DNA of 64,000 bases from Armatimonadota bacterium (GTDB lineage: Bacteria; Armatimonadota; SYMT01): contig JAWLHY010000002.1 in assembly GCA_041690135.1 (NCBI GenBank), positions 224,001 through 288,000 on the forward strand. Direction: 5' to 3'. This document shows, piece after piece, positions 46,567 to 56,569 of the stretch. A program made the translations under genes and the position numbers. Below the pieces are notes generated by a model. That model made no database searches. It was given only the letters and a program-made list of their open reading frames with translations, and was not told the origin of the DNA. Within the stretch, counting starts at the first letter, position 1. Every line of letters starts with the position of its first letter.

Positions 46567-49355
46567 GGACTTACCCGTAGGACGACGATGGCGATGTCGT
46601 CCGCGGGATGGCCGTGCTGGAACTCCAGCACGGCCCGCTCGATGCGCCGGACGATTTCCTGGGCATCGCAGCCGGCGCACTCACGGACGAGGGCCTCCAG
46701 GCGCTCCTCGCCAAAGAGTTTGCCGCCGGTCCGCGCTTCGGTGACCCCGTCCGTATAGAAGATCACTGCGTCCCCAGCGGACAACTCCACGGCCCGGTCC
46801 TTCAGCTCGATTGCCGGCTGGAGACCCAGCATGAAACCCGGTTGATCCAGCCGCTCGAACGATCCGTTGCGCCGGAGGACCAGGGGGGGAAGATGTCCGG
46901 CCGAGGAGAACCGCAGCCGGGCCTTCCTTTGCAGCGGCGTGAACCGCGCGCAGAGGGCTGTGGAGTAGTATTCGCCGGCAATCTGGTCCATGATCATCGC
47001 ATTTGCTTGGGCGAGGATCTGGGCCGGCCACCGTAAACGCACTGCCAGGGCGCGTATCGTGTGCCGGATCAGGGACGTGATGGTGGCGGCCGAGGGACCC
47101 TTTCCGGTAACGTCCCCGATGACGACGGTCCAACTCCCGCCGGGAGTCTCGAACAGGTCGTAGAAGTCGCCCCCCACCTCGATCCCTTCTCCCGCCGCGC
47201 GGTAGGCGGCGGCGACCTCCAGGCCGGGGATCTGGGGAAGCGTGGGCGGGAGCAGGTTCTGCTGCAGGGTACGGGCGATCTCCTGTTGGACCCGGTACAG
47301 ACGCGCGTTGTCGAGCGCCAGGGCCGCCGTCCGGGCCAGTTCCTCGGCGACCTCCAGGTCGTCCCGGCTGAAGGGACGCTCCGGGGTCGTGCGGACGAAG
47401 GTGATCGCGCCCAGCACCCGATCGCGCGCCATCAACGGGGCGCACATCAGGGCCTGCGGGTGCAACTCTTGCAGCATCAGCAGTTCGGCCGGGTAACGCG
47501 CCTGGAGAATGGAGGCCAGGCGCGCGGGATCGGCAAAGAGCGCGGGCCGTCCGGAGGGAGCCTCGCCTGCCATATCGATCAGGCCACGGTGCTCCGTGGG
47601 GTAGTGGACTTCCTCCACTGCCACGACTCCCGATTCGGCGTCGGCCAGCCGAGCACAGAGGCGGCGGATGGAATGATCCGGCTCCAGCACGTCGACGACA
47701 CAGTGGTCACCCAGTAGAGGGACGGCCAGGCGGGCCATCCTCTCGACCGTGCTCCGGTAATCGAGCGACGAGGAGAGCACCCGGCCGGTCCTCAGGAGAA
47801 ACAGCAGGCGATCCCGCGCCGCCGCCATCTCCTCCCGGGCCGCACGTTCCCGTTCCAACAGGGCGGCATTCTCCGCCTCTCGCCGTTTTCGCTCGGTGAT
47901 GTCGCGCGCGATGCCGAAGATGCCGGTGACTCGTCCCTCGATCTGGATCGGTACGGTGGTGACCTCTAGCTCGACCCGTTGCCCGGAAGCATTGATGATC
48001 GCCGCATCCCGAGACACAGTCGCCCCGTTCAAGGTGAGCAGGAACCCTTCTTCAGCCAGGTCCAGGCGATCGGGTGGAACCAGCTCCGAAAAGAAGCGCC
48101 CGAGCAGCTCCTCTCGGCAAAAACCCGAGATCCGTTCGCCAGCCGGATTGCAGTCCACCAGCCGGCCCTCGGGATCCAGGGTGAATACGGCGTCGGTGTT
48201 CAGGTCGATCAGGCAGCGGAGCCGTTGCTCGTTTTCCTGAATCTGCTGTTCCCAGCGCTTCCGGTCGGTAATATCGGTGACGACGGCGCAGGCCGCGGCG
48301 AGCTTCCCGCTCTCATCCAGGACCGGGCGCGCGGAAAGGATGCCCCACCCTTCCGAACCGTCGGGGCGATGAAAGCGGAAATCGCGGTGATCGCCATCGC
48401 CTCGACGCAAATGCTCCAGCAGGCCTTCGAGCTCCGCGCGGTCCTCGGTCGGGAGCAACTCCAGTACCGGACGGCCCAGTATCTCTTCGCGGGCCCAGCC
48501 GAGCATCTGGGCGAGCCTGGGGTTGAGATAATCGCTGCGGCCCTCCGCGTCCAGGCTCCAGAGGCCCTCCTGCGCCAGTTCCGCGATGCGGCGGAACCGC
48601 TCCTCGCTGGCGCGCAGCGCCTCCTCGGAACGTTTACGAGGCGTGATCTCCAGCGAGATACCCAGGACGCGTCCGCCACCCGGTCTCCCGGTCGGCTGAA
48701 TCTGCAGCAGATCCCACCACCACTGGATCTCCCCCTCGGGCAGGTGAACAGGATACTCGATGTGTCGCCACCGGTCGTGACCGTTGGCCGCCGGCCGTAT
48801 TGCGGTGAGGAGGCGCGGTCGGTCTTCCTCGGGAATGCCGTGGAAAAACGGGTGCGGTTGCCGGAAGCAGCGGCGGGCAGTACCGAAAATCCGGTCGGCT
48901 AGGGGACAGGACTGGTGGACCATGCTGGCGGCGCGCCCCCCTTCCCAGAGGACGAGGCTAGGCGCATTCTCCGGAATGCCGGGTGCCGGTGCCTGGGCCG
49001 GAGAAGGATCGGGGTCCCGCAGGGCGCGCAGCGCGGCCTCACGGGTGGTAAACAGGGGCAGGCCTTGTTCCCAGCGGAGGAGCTCCAACGGACGGCAGAC
49101 CCAGCGGTTGCCGCCGGTAACCACCCCCCATGGCACGCCCTCCGCCGTCGCCTCGTGGTGGAGCCGGAGGAGGAGCCGGGCACCGCGACCATCGAGGAAC
49201 GTGATGCGGCTCAAATCGACCAGCACCACCGGCGGTCGCGACTCGAGCACCGTCCTCCAGCGGGAATGTACCTGTGACACCCGGCTGAGATCGAGATCTC
49301 CGATCAACACCAACCCGACGTAGCCAACCGCGCGCACCACGTCCAGATGGAACAC
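46563..49355 (-). CDS. STAS-PAS-PAS-GAF-PP2C (SpoIIE-type) phosphatase, paralog 1
   Basis: GDLD/VDLSRITFLDGRG STAS, PAS repeats ending DITxRK, GAF (ALALDNARLY), LQQNLLP, VGGDFYD, GDVTGKG, AGH, YTDGVTE, DD; GTG start after GGGAGG aligns with paralog 2. Confidence 0.9.
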   Translation of the reverse strand: MFHLDVVRAVGYVGLVLIGDLDLSRVSQVHSRWRTVLESRPPVVLVDLSRITFLDGRGARLLLRLHHEATAEGVPWGVVTGGNRWVCRPLELLRWEQGLPLFTTREAALRALRDPDPSPAQAPAPGIPENAPSLVLWEGGRAASMVHQSCPLADRIFGTARRCFRQPHPFFHGIPEEDRPRLLTAIRPAANGHDRWRHIEYPVHLPEGEIQWWWDLLQIQPTGRPGGGRVLGISLEITPRKRSEEALRASEERFRRIAELAQEGLWSLDAEGRSDYLNPRLAQMLGWAREEILGRPVLELLPTEDRAELEGLLEHLRRGDGDHRDFRFHRPDGSEGWGILSARPVLDESGKLAAACAVVTDITDRKRWEQQIQENEQRLRCLIDLNTDAVFTLDPEGRLVDCNPAGERISGFCREELLGRFFSELVPPDRLDLAEEGFLLTLNGATVSRDAAIINASGQRVELEVTTVPIQIEGRVTGIFGIARDITERKRREAENAALLERERAAREEMAAARDRLLFLLRTGRVLSSSLDYRSTVERMARLAVPLLGDHCVVDVLEPDHSIRRLCARLADAESGVVAVEEVHYPTEHRGLIDMAGEAPSGRPALFADPARLASILQARYPAELLMLQELHPQALMCAPLMARDRVLGAITFVRTTPERPFSRDDLEVAEELARTAALALDNARLYRVQQEIARTLQQNLLPPTLPQIPGLEVAAAYRAAGEGIEVGGDFYDLFETPGGSWTVVIGDVTGKGPSAATITSLIRHTIRALAVRLRWPAQILAQANAMIMDQIAGEYYSTALCARFTPLQRKARLRFSSAGHLPPLVLRRNGSFERLDQPGFMLGLQPAIELKDRAVELSAGDAVIFYTDGVTEARTGGKLFGEERLEALVRECAGCDAQEIVRRIERAVLEFQHGHPADDIAIVVLRVSP

Positions 49356-49906
49356 ATCGCCCTCCCGCATACCCTGGAGCAACAGCCGCCAACTCCCCGA
49401 GGCCGGAGCCAAGCGGGGTTTTGCACGAAATGCGCCGCACTTCCCCTCCGGAACTTCCGGAACACAGGGTCGATCCTTCCGCACCTCGTGGTGTGCGGAG
49501 AGATCTGTCGGCCATGTTCGATTTCGTGTGGATCCAAACCGGGAGCCGGGTCCCGGAAGTTGGTGCCGCGCACTGTGGCGCGGCTAGCCGTCGTTGCGGC
49601 CTTGTTGTTGTCCGTCGCGGGGTGGTGTTGATTTGGGTGCTCTTGCCTCCTGCCGCTCACGGCAAGACGGCAACAGCCCCTTGGTTGGTCAGACGCGGAC
49701 TATACCCTGAATGGGTCGCAGGCGCCCGACATGTTAAGACTACAATATGTAAGAGGGAACGTCCATCTTAGCTCCATTCTGAGTTCGGGCTTCCCTGCAT
49801 GTACAGTAACTGGCCGTTCAATCCGGGCGGGGTGAGCGGTAACTATAGAGTTACCCACGCCCGATGCGGATAAACTCGGGAGTCGCGGAGATTCCGGCGA
49901 GGGAAC

Positions 49907-52705
49907 TCAGGTGTTGAACCGGAGGGCCACCACCGCCAGATCGTCGGCCGGTTGACCGTGCTGGAACTCCACAACCACTCGCCGGATGCGGTCGACGATC
50001 TCGGCCGCGGAACATCCGGCGCATTCGCGCACGAGTTCCGCCAGCCGTTCCTCGCCGAATAACCGTCCGGCGATCCGGGCCTCCGTGACCCCGTCCGTGT
50101 AAAGAACCAGCGTATCCCCAGGCTCTAATTCCAGCCGCCGCTCCGAAAGCGTGATTTCCGGAAGGCCTCCCAGGAGTATCCCTTCGAGATCGATCCGTTC
50201 TACCCGGCCATCGTGCCGGAGGACCAAGGGAGGCACGTGACCCGCAGAGGCCAGCCGGAGCCGAGCGCGCCCCCCCATGGAGCGGAACTGTACGAACAGG
50301 GCGGTGCTGAAGCATTCATCCGTAACCTGGTCCTGGATGGCCACGTTCGTCCGCTCCAGGATTCGGTGCGGACGTCGGGCGTGCATCGCCACGGCCCGCA
50401 GCGTGTGACGAAGCAGGGAAGTAGTGGAAGCGGCCCGGGGTCCCTTACCGGTAACGTCGCCGATGACCACGGCCCATGCACCACCCGGCATTTCGAAGAG
50501 GTCGTAAAAGTCGCCGCCGACCTCCGTGCCCAGGCTCACCGCTTGATAAGACGCCGCCACTTCGAACCCTGCGATTTCCGGCAGGCGTGGTGGGAGCAGG
50601 CTCTCCTGAAGCGTGCGGCAGATCTCGCGCTGGGCGGTGAAGAGACGTGCGTTCGTCAATGCCAGGGAGACGCTGCGGGCCAGTTCTTCGCCCAGCGCAC
50701 GGTCTTCGGCCGAGAAGGGCCGGTCCGGTCCCGTGCGGACCAGGGTTAAGGCCCCGAACACCTCACTGCCGGCGGCCAGCGGGAGGCAAAGCAGTGCACT
50801 CGGCAATGGTTCCCCGTTGCAGCCCGCCTCATCCGCAACAGAGAGACCTTCCGCTCCGGAAGGGGCGTATTCGGCGATGGCCTGTCCCGTCCGCAGGACT
50901 TCTTCCAGAGGTCCGGGAGGACGAGCATCGGGGGGGAAGGGCCATCGGGTATGAAGGGCTGCGGCAAGGGTGCTTCCGGTCGGAGCGACAGACCATCGGC
51001 GAAAGCAGCCGTCGGTATCCCACCCGTCGATGACGCAGTAATCCGCCAGTTTCGGAACCGGCAATTGCGAAGCGTGTTGCGCGGCGCTCTCGAAGTCGAG
51101 CGTTAGAGACAACATCCGGCTGCACTGTGTGAGGAAATGGAGCCGTTGCTCTGCCGCCTCCGCGAGGCGGCGTGCTTCGTGCTCGCGGGCCAGCAACACC
51201 CGGCACTCCACCTCCGCGCGTTTGCGGGCGGTGACGTCCCTGGCAACGCCGAAGATGCCGGTGACTTGCCCCTCCACGATGGCGGGGACGGTGGTGATTT
51301 CGAGCTGGATGGGGAAGCCGCGTGCGTGGAGGATCGCGATCTCTCCCGGCGCCGATCTCCCGTTCAACGCCGCTTCCAGCAAGTGGAAGCCCTCCGCCCT
51401 CTCCTCCGGGCTTAGCAGTTCCGCGAAGTGCTTGCCCAGCAGGTCCTCCCGACGGTAGCCGGAGAGCTGCTCCGTGGCCCGGTTGCATTCGACCAGGCAA
51501 CCCTGCAGGTCGAGCTGGAACACGGCATCGCCGTTGTATTCCACCAGCGAGCGCAGCAGTTGCTCGCGACCCCGGATTCGCTCCTCTTCGGCTTTGCGAT
51601 CGGTGACATCGATAGCCACCACGCAGGCACGGGTGATTCTCCCAGTGTCATCGGTCAAAGGACGCGTGTCCACGCTACTCCAGCGAGGAGGGCCGTAGGA
51701 ACTCCGGAACCGCAAATCGTAGTGAGCGCCCTCTCCATGCCGGAGAGCCCGCAGAAGCTCCCTGACTGCCGGATGGTCCTCCGGATCGACCAGGTCCAGG
51801 AGCGAACGGCCGATGATCTCCTCGCACGGCAATCCCAGCATCTGACTCATCCGGCGGTTGGCGTACTCGCATCGACCGTGGGTGTCCATACTCCAGACCG
51901 CCTCCTGTGCCAGGTCCACCAGCGTGCGGAAGTGCTGCTCGCCCACGCGCAGTCGCTCTTCCTGGGCCTTGCGCTCGCTGACCTCATAGGTGAAGACCCG
52001 CAGAGAAGTACGCCGGCGGCCGCGAGGGGGCGAGAGATAGAGATCACACAGCCAAACGGTGCTCCCGCTCGGATCCGTTACGCGATACTCCAGACCGTCT
52101 CGTGGATGCGGCCGCCGCTGCGGATCGCACGCCGCGAGTACCCTGGCCCGGTCCTCCTCCAGGATGCAAGTGAGGAGTGGGTGGGGTGCGTCGAACCGAG
52201 AGCCCGCAGTGGACCCCAGCAGGGAATCGACCAGCGACGAACGCTTCCCGAGTCGAGAACGCCGGCCGTCGGTCCGCCAGACAAAGAGGCCCTGTGCGGA
52301 AAAGTCTTGTGGGGTGGAAGCGGCCAGGACCGACATAGAGAGTGATTCCGCCGGGCTCCAGCGCCCCGGGAGGGAATTGAGGGCCGCGGTGCGACTGGTG
52401 TAGAGGGGTAGCCCGTCGATCCAGCGAAGTAACGTGAGCGGTCGCTCCACCCAACGGTTGCCTCCTGTGAGGATGGACAGCGGGATTGATTTCGAGACGG
52501 CCTCCCGGTAGCACTGTAGAAGAAAGCGTGCTCCCCGCCCGTCCAGAAAGGTGACCCGGCGCAGGTTAAGGAGAACCCCCATAGGCGGGTTGTTCAGGAC
52601 TTCATCCCAGTGGCCGCGGGCTTGGGGCTCGGTGCTTGCATCCAGATCCCCCGCGAAGATCACCTCGACGAGGCCCCGCAAGCGGGCTTTCTCCACCTCA
52701 AGCAT
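49907..52705 (-). CDS. STAS-PAS-PAS-GAF-PP2C (SpoIIE-type) phosphatase, paralog 2
   Basis: Same architecture: AGDLD, LNLRRVTFLDGRG, TGGNRWV.RPL, PAS domains, VGGDFYD, GDVTGKG, YTDGVTE, ADDL. Confidence 0.9.
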   Translation of the reverse strand: MLEVEKARLRGLVEVIFAGDLDASTEPQARGHWDEVLNNPPMGVLLNLRRVTFLDGRGARFLLQCYREAVSKSIPLSILTGGNRWVERPLTLLRWIDGLPLYTSRTAALNSLPGRWSPAESLSMSVLAASTPQDFSAQGLFVWRTDGRRSRLGKRSSLVDSLLGSTAGSRFDAPHPLLTCILEEDRARVLAACDPQRRPHPRDGLEYRVTDPSGSTVWLCDLYLSPPRGRRRTSLRVFTYEVSERKAQEERLRVGEQHFRTLVDLAQEAVWSMDTHGRCEYANRRMSQMLGLPCEEIIGRSLLDLVDPEDHPAVRELLRALRHGEGAHYDLRFRSSYGPPRWSSVDTRPLTDDTGRITRACVVAIDVTDRKAEEERIRGREQLLRSLVEYNGDAVFQLDLQGCLVECNRATEQLSGYRREDLLGKHFAELLSPEERAEGFHLLEAALNGRSAPGEIAILHARGFPIQLEITTVPAIVEGQVTGIFGVARDVTARKRAEVECRVLLAREHEARRLAEAAEQRLHFLTQCSRMLSLTLDFESAAQHASQLPVPKLADYCVIDGWDTDGCFRRWSVAPTGSTLAAALHTRWPFPPDARPPGPLEEVLRTGQAIAEYAPSGAEGLSVADEAGCNGEPLPSALLCLPLAAGSEVFGALTLVRTGPDRPFSAEDRALGEELARSVSLALTNARLFTAQREICRTLQESLLPPRLPEIAGFEVAASYQAVSLGTEVGGDFYDLFEMPGGAWAVVIGDVTGKGPRAASTTSLLRHTLRAVAMHARRPHRILERTNVAIQDQVTDECFSTALFVQFRSMGGRARLRLASAGHVPPLVLRHDGRVERIDLEGILLGGLPEITLSERRLELEPGDTLVLYTDGVTEARIAGRLFGEERLAELVRECAGCSAAEIVDRIRRVVVEFQHGQPADDLAVVALRFNT

Positions 52706-53009
52706 GGTGAGAGTCCTTCCCTTCGGACCTGCTCAAAGACTAAGATTTGGTAAAGCTGAGATAAAGATGGCGTAAAGAAGACGCTCATCGGGTAAAACCA
52801 TCCGGCGTCCACCAGGCGGTCACGGGGTTGCTCGTTAGTGTGATGAGTAACTGTTCGGCCTGGAATCCTGTCGCAAGTGGAGTGTGCCTGGCAAAGGGAG
52901 TATGCGGAAACGAGGACGCCAGGGAACCTTTTGCCATCGTATCGGGTCGTGAAGAGTGAGCCCTCTGTAACAGGGATGGCTCGCTGGAAAGGGGAGCACA
53001 CTCCTACCA

Positions 53010-53426
53010 ATGATTACCTGCAAATCGTTCGCATTCACGGTCCGTGGCGATGTGAGTCAGATATCCGGTGCTCGAGGTAAGTTGCTTGGCCGCCTGGCTT
53101 CGAGTTCCCTCACAGCCCAGCAGGCTGACGACCTGGTCAGCGCCGTCTCGGAACTTCTGGCCCTGGTGTTTGCCGCACCCGAGGGTCGACCTGCGGAGAT
53201 TGCTATCAACGGAGTGGAACTGGGCTCTCTCGTGCGGGTGACGGTCAGCTGGTTGGACGCACCTCTTTCCCCGGGCTCACCGGACCCTTCTCCCTTCGCC
53301 ACGGCCGAAGCCACGCACCGCTTCCTGTCGGAAACCTACGTCGATCGGTGGAGTTACACGCAGGATCAGGGCCGTTCCCAGGTCATTCTGGAAAAGTACC
53401 CGGTACCTGACATGTGCCAGCGCTAA
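53010..53426 (+). CDS. Degenerate anti-sigma-factor-like (RsbW/HATPase_c_2) protein
   Basis: DDLVSAVSEL, VRVTVS, ...VDRWSY...Q.RSQVILEK; GGGGAG RBS; N-box Asn and G-boxes absent. Confidence 0.6.
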   Translation: MITCKSFAFTVRGDVSQISGARGKLLGRLASSSLTAQQADDLVSAVSELLALVFAAPEGRPAEIAINGVELGSLVRVTVSWLDAPLSPGSPDPSPFATAEATHRFLSETYVDRWSYTQDQGRSQVILEKYPVPDMCQR

Positions 53427-53909
53427 AGGTCTCTTGACCTGTGACGTCCCTGCCGGGTTCGGGTTCAAAAATATTCTGAGGCCTTCGGGTGCGCTCTCGT
53501 CCACCGATAATGGCAGCTGATTTGTGCGTGTTCATACAACATTAGTACGAGCGGGCGAGCCTTCGGGTAGGAAACAGATTGGCTTGGAAACTGCCGTTGG
53601 GAGGTTGCTACTCCCAGCCCCGAGGGGCCGACGGTATCTCTCGGGGCCGCCAGGCCCTACACCATAAGTGTCAATTTGTGGCAGGTACGATCTTCCCCCT
53701 CGCCGCTTGCCGGAAACCGGATTCCTGCTGGGTCCGGGCGATCAGACAGGGTGGGATGGCGGTGGTATTGGAAGGGGAATACAGTAAGGTGTTGTCGGAA
53801 GTCGCTCCACACGATGCCACCAATCCGACTCCCCTCCAATGGCATCACGTGAGTGCAGGATCCGGAGTGAAAGCTATGCCCCTCTCAGTGGGAAGCGGAC
53901 CGGTGGTAG

Positions 53910-54089
53910 ACTGAAAAACGCCGCAAAGGCTCAATGACCGAGGAAGAGTACCAGGAGTTGCTCCAGCGGTCGGTTGAGCTTGAGGAATGGAATGCCCCCC
54001 GCCTGGGCTTTCTCGTTCAATTCACCGCGCGAGGCATCGCAGCCGCCAAGGAGTTTGCCAGGGCCGAGGATGCGATCCGCGAGGCCTGA
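53910..54089 (+). pseudogene. Remnant of a small antitoxin-like gene
   Basis: After a TAG: TEKRRKGSMTEEEYQELLQRSVELEEWNAPRLGFLVQF, resembling KRR..TLT.EE.QELL...E..NA.RL proteins usually next to HNH genes (from recall). Confidence 0.35.
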
Positions 54090-54387
54090 AGAGTAGGGAA
54101 TGGGATGCCATTCCGTCGTCGGTGAAGCAGAGCCCATACGTCAAGCCGAACCGGTCCAGAACCTTTGTTGCCACGAGTTTGCAGAACGGGATCAGTTCCA
54201 GTCCGGCGGAACGCTGCGGCCCTAACTTCGCCGGGAGTATGAGACGTCCTCTACCGCTACCACCTGCCCAACGTTGTCGAATTGGCTCAGGTCCGGCCCC
54301 TCCCCCGGATGTGTCCCGCCGTAGCAGCGGTCCGATCTTCCCCCACCGGAAACACCCGCCATGGCTGGGTCTCGGAAAGGTCCCATG

Positions 54388-56511
54388 TACGATAGCTCGT
54401 TCTTGCCCAGGGCGCTCCTGGAGTTTGTCGTCCTCTCCGATACGCACTACGTGAGCCGGCCGGGCACGGCCACGACGGAGTTCCCTTCTCGATTGAAGCA
54501 GTCCGGAAGGGCCGAGGCGGCGTTCCGGTTCGCGCGGGCGCTCGACCCGGCGTTTATCATCCACCTCGGGGATCTCGTCCAGGAATACCCGGAGTCGCCC
54601 GGGTTTCCGCAAGCAATCCGCCTCGCCCAGGAGCAGATGGAGCGGTGCGGCGTGCACCCATTCCTGGTGGCGGGCAACCACGACGTGGGGGATAAACCCG
54701 ACCCCACCATGCCGACGGAACCGGTGACGCCGGAGAGCCTGACCGCCTATCACGCCCGGTTCGGCCGGTCCTGGTACAGCTTCGAGCGGGCCGGCTGCCG
54801 GTTCGTCATTCTCAACTCACAGATCTTCAACACCGGGCTGCCGGAGGCGCGGGAGCAGTGGGACTGGCTGGAAGCGGAGTTGACGGAGCACGCGGGCCGA
54901 CGGATCTTCCTGTTCCTCCACATGCCGCCCTACCTGGTGGCGCCCTCGGAGCCGGCCCTTGGCCACTACGATCTTCTCGACGATCCGGACCGAAGTCGGC
55001 TGCTGGAGCTGCTCCGGCGATACCCGGTCGAAATTATGGCCGCGGGTCACGTGCACTTCGCGTTCTACGACCGGCTGGGCGCCACCCGCTACCTGGTGGC
55101 CGCCTCCCCCGCGTTTACCCGCCCTGGCTTCCCCCACCTTTTCACGGCCGCCCCGCCGCCCGAGAGAGGCCGGGACGACAGCCCCAAACTGGGTTTCTAC
55201 CTGTTCCGCGTGCTGGAGGACCGGACCGACATTCACTTCCTGCGCACGGGAGGGGAGGAATGGGGAGTGGAGGGTGGAGAGGCGACGGTGGAGGGTGGAG
55301 GGGAGTTGGAGGGTGGAGAGTGGAGGGGGAAGCGGACGCCGGCGATGGGTGTTTCTACAGAACTCCGGCGGGTAGTGACGCGGGTCCCCGCCGGGCTGCC
55401 TTCTTCCTCGCTGGGCGTGACGCTGCGGGCTCCGCTGGCGAACCTGGTGGAGATCCCGGCGGCGTGGCCCGCCATCGTCCGCGAAAGGGCCCGGAACGAT
55501 TACCCGCTGCTGGCATGCCTGGAGATGGGTGTGGGGCAGATCCGCTTTCCGTGGACGGACCTGGACGACCCGTTCCAGCGCGAGCGGCTGCGGATCCTGC
55601 GCCAGGAGAGTGTTCGCCTGGTACCGACCTGGTTCGGCCGGGACCTGGGTGAGTTAATCCCGTACCTTGAGCGTCACGCGGGGGCTGTGGATGGTCTGGA
55701 GATTCAAATTGCCGCACCCTCGGGTCGTGCTCTCCCGGACGCGTCCACGCTTGAGGAACTCCAGCGACTGCGCGACCGGAGCGAGGTTCCGCTTTGCCTG
55801 AGCTGCGTGGCCCCGCGGGAGACGATTGCGGGGAAACAGCACCCGCGGACCCGGATTGGTTTCACAACGGAAGAACTGGGGCTGCTTTGCGGGCTGTTGG
55901 CGGACAGCGGTTGGGCACGGGTGCTCTGCCGGGTGGCGGCGGATGTGGCTCCTTGGGACGAAATGGCTCACGTGCGGCAGGCGCCGGCAACGCCGTTTCG
56001 GGTCGACAGGCGAGTCGAGCTGGCCACCGAAGACGACTTTCTCCACGCGAACCGCGTGGCGGAAGCGCTGTTTGCCGCCGCCCTTTCGCCCGGCACCCGG
56101 GTGTACCTGGACCCGCTCGTCGATCTGGATCGTACCATGGATGCCTGCCATGGCCTGCTCGACCCGCTCTGCAATCCGCGCCCCGCTTTCCACGTCGCGC
56201 GCATGCTGACCACCCTCCTTCACGACCTTCCCGCGCCCCGCACCCACGCTGTAGTGCGGACCACCGAGGACCTCCGCATCCTGGAGATCGGTCTGGCGAC
56301 CGGCGCACGCCTTCTGGTCCTGCCCCAGCACCCGGACGTGGCCGCGCGGTCCGTCCTGGAGACCCTTCCCGAACTCGAGCGCGGCACACTGCGAACCTTC
56401 CACCTGACAGAGGGCACGGTAGTGGACGGCTTCGCAGTTTCGGATGCTGAAGAGCGTCTCATGAGCCCCCTTCTGGTCGAAACGAAATGTCAAACCGCAA
56501 AGGCGGAGTGA
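54388..56511 (+). CDS. Calcineurin-like metallophosphoesterase with large C-terminal domain
   Basis: LSDTH, HLGDLV, AGNHD, FLHMP, AGHVH motifs. Confidence 0.88.
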   Translation, partial: YDSSFLPRALLEFVVLSDTHYVSRPGTATTEFPSRLKQSGRAEAAFRFARALDPAFIIHLGDLVQEYPESPGFPQAIRLAQEQMERCGVHPFLVAGNHDVGDKPDPTMPTEPVTPESLTAYHARFGRSWYSFERAGCRFVILNSQIFNTGLPEAREQWDWLEAELTEHAGRRIFLFLHMPPYLVAPSEPALGHYDLLDDPDRSRLLELLRRYPVEIMAAGHVHFAFYDRLGATRYLVAASPAFTRPGFPHLFTAAPPPERGRDDSPKLGFYLFRVLEDRTDIHFLRTGGEEWGVEGGEATVEGGGELEGGEWRGKRTPAMGVSTELRRVVTRVPAGLPSSSLGVTLRAPLANLVEIPAAWPAIVRERARNDYPLLACLEMGVGQIRFPWTDLDDPFQRERLRILRQESVRLVPTWFGRDLGELIPYLERHAGAVDGLEIQIAAPSGRALPDASTLEELQRLRDRSEVPLCLSCVAPRETIAGKQHPRTRIGFTTEELGLLCGLLADSGWARVLCRVAADVAPWDEMAHVRQAPATPFRVDRRVELATEDDFLHANRVAEALFAAALSPGTRVYLDPLVDLDRTMDACHGLLDPLCNPRPAFHVARMLTTLLHDLPAPRTHAVVRTTEDLRILEIGLATGARLLVLPQHPDVAARSVLETLPELERGTLRTFHLTEGTVVDGFAVSDAEERLMSPLLVETKCQTAKAE
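55259..55330 (+). repeat. In-frame GTGGAGG-type heptamer repeats in the metallophosphoesterase linker
   Basis: GTGGAGG GTGGAGA ... GTGGAGG GTGGAGG ... TTGGAGG GTGGAGA GTGGAGG. Confidence 0.75.
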
Positions 56512-56569
56512 GGATTGAGGAACGGCATCCGCGGATAACAAGCGATAGGAAAACGGGCCTGGAATAGGG

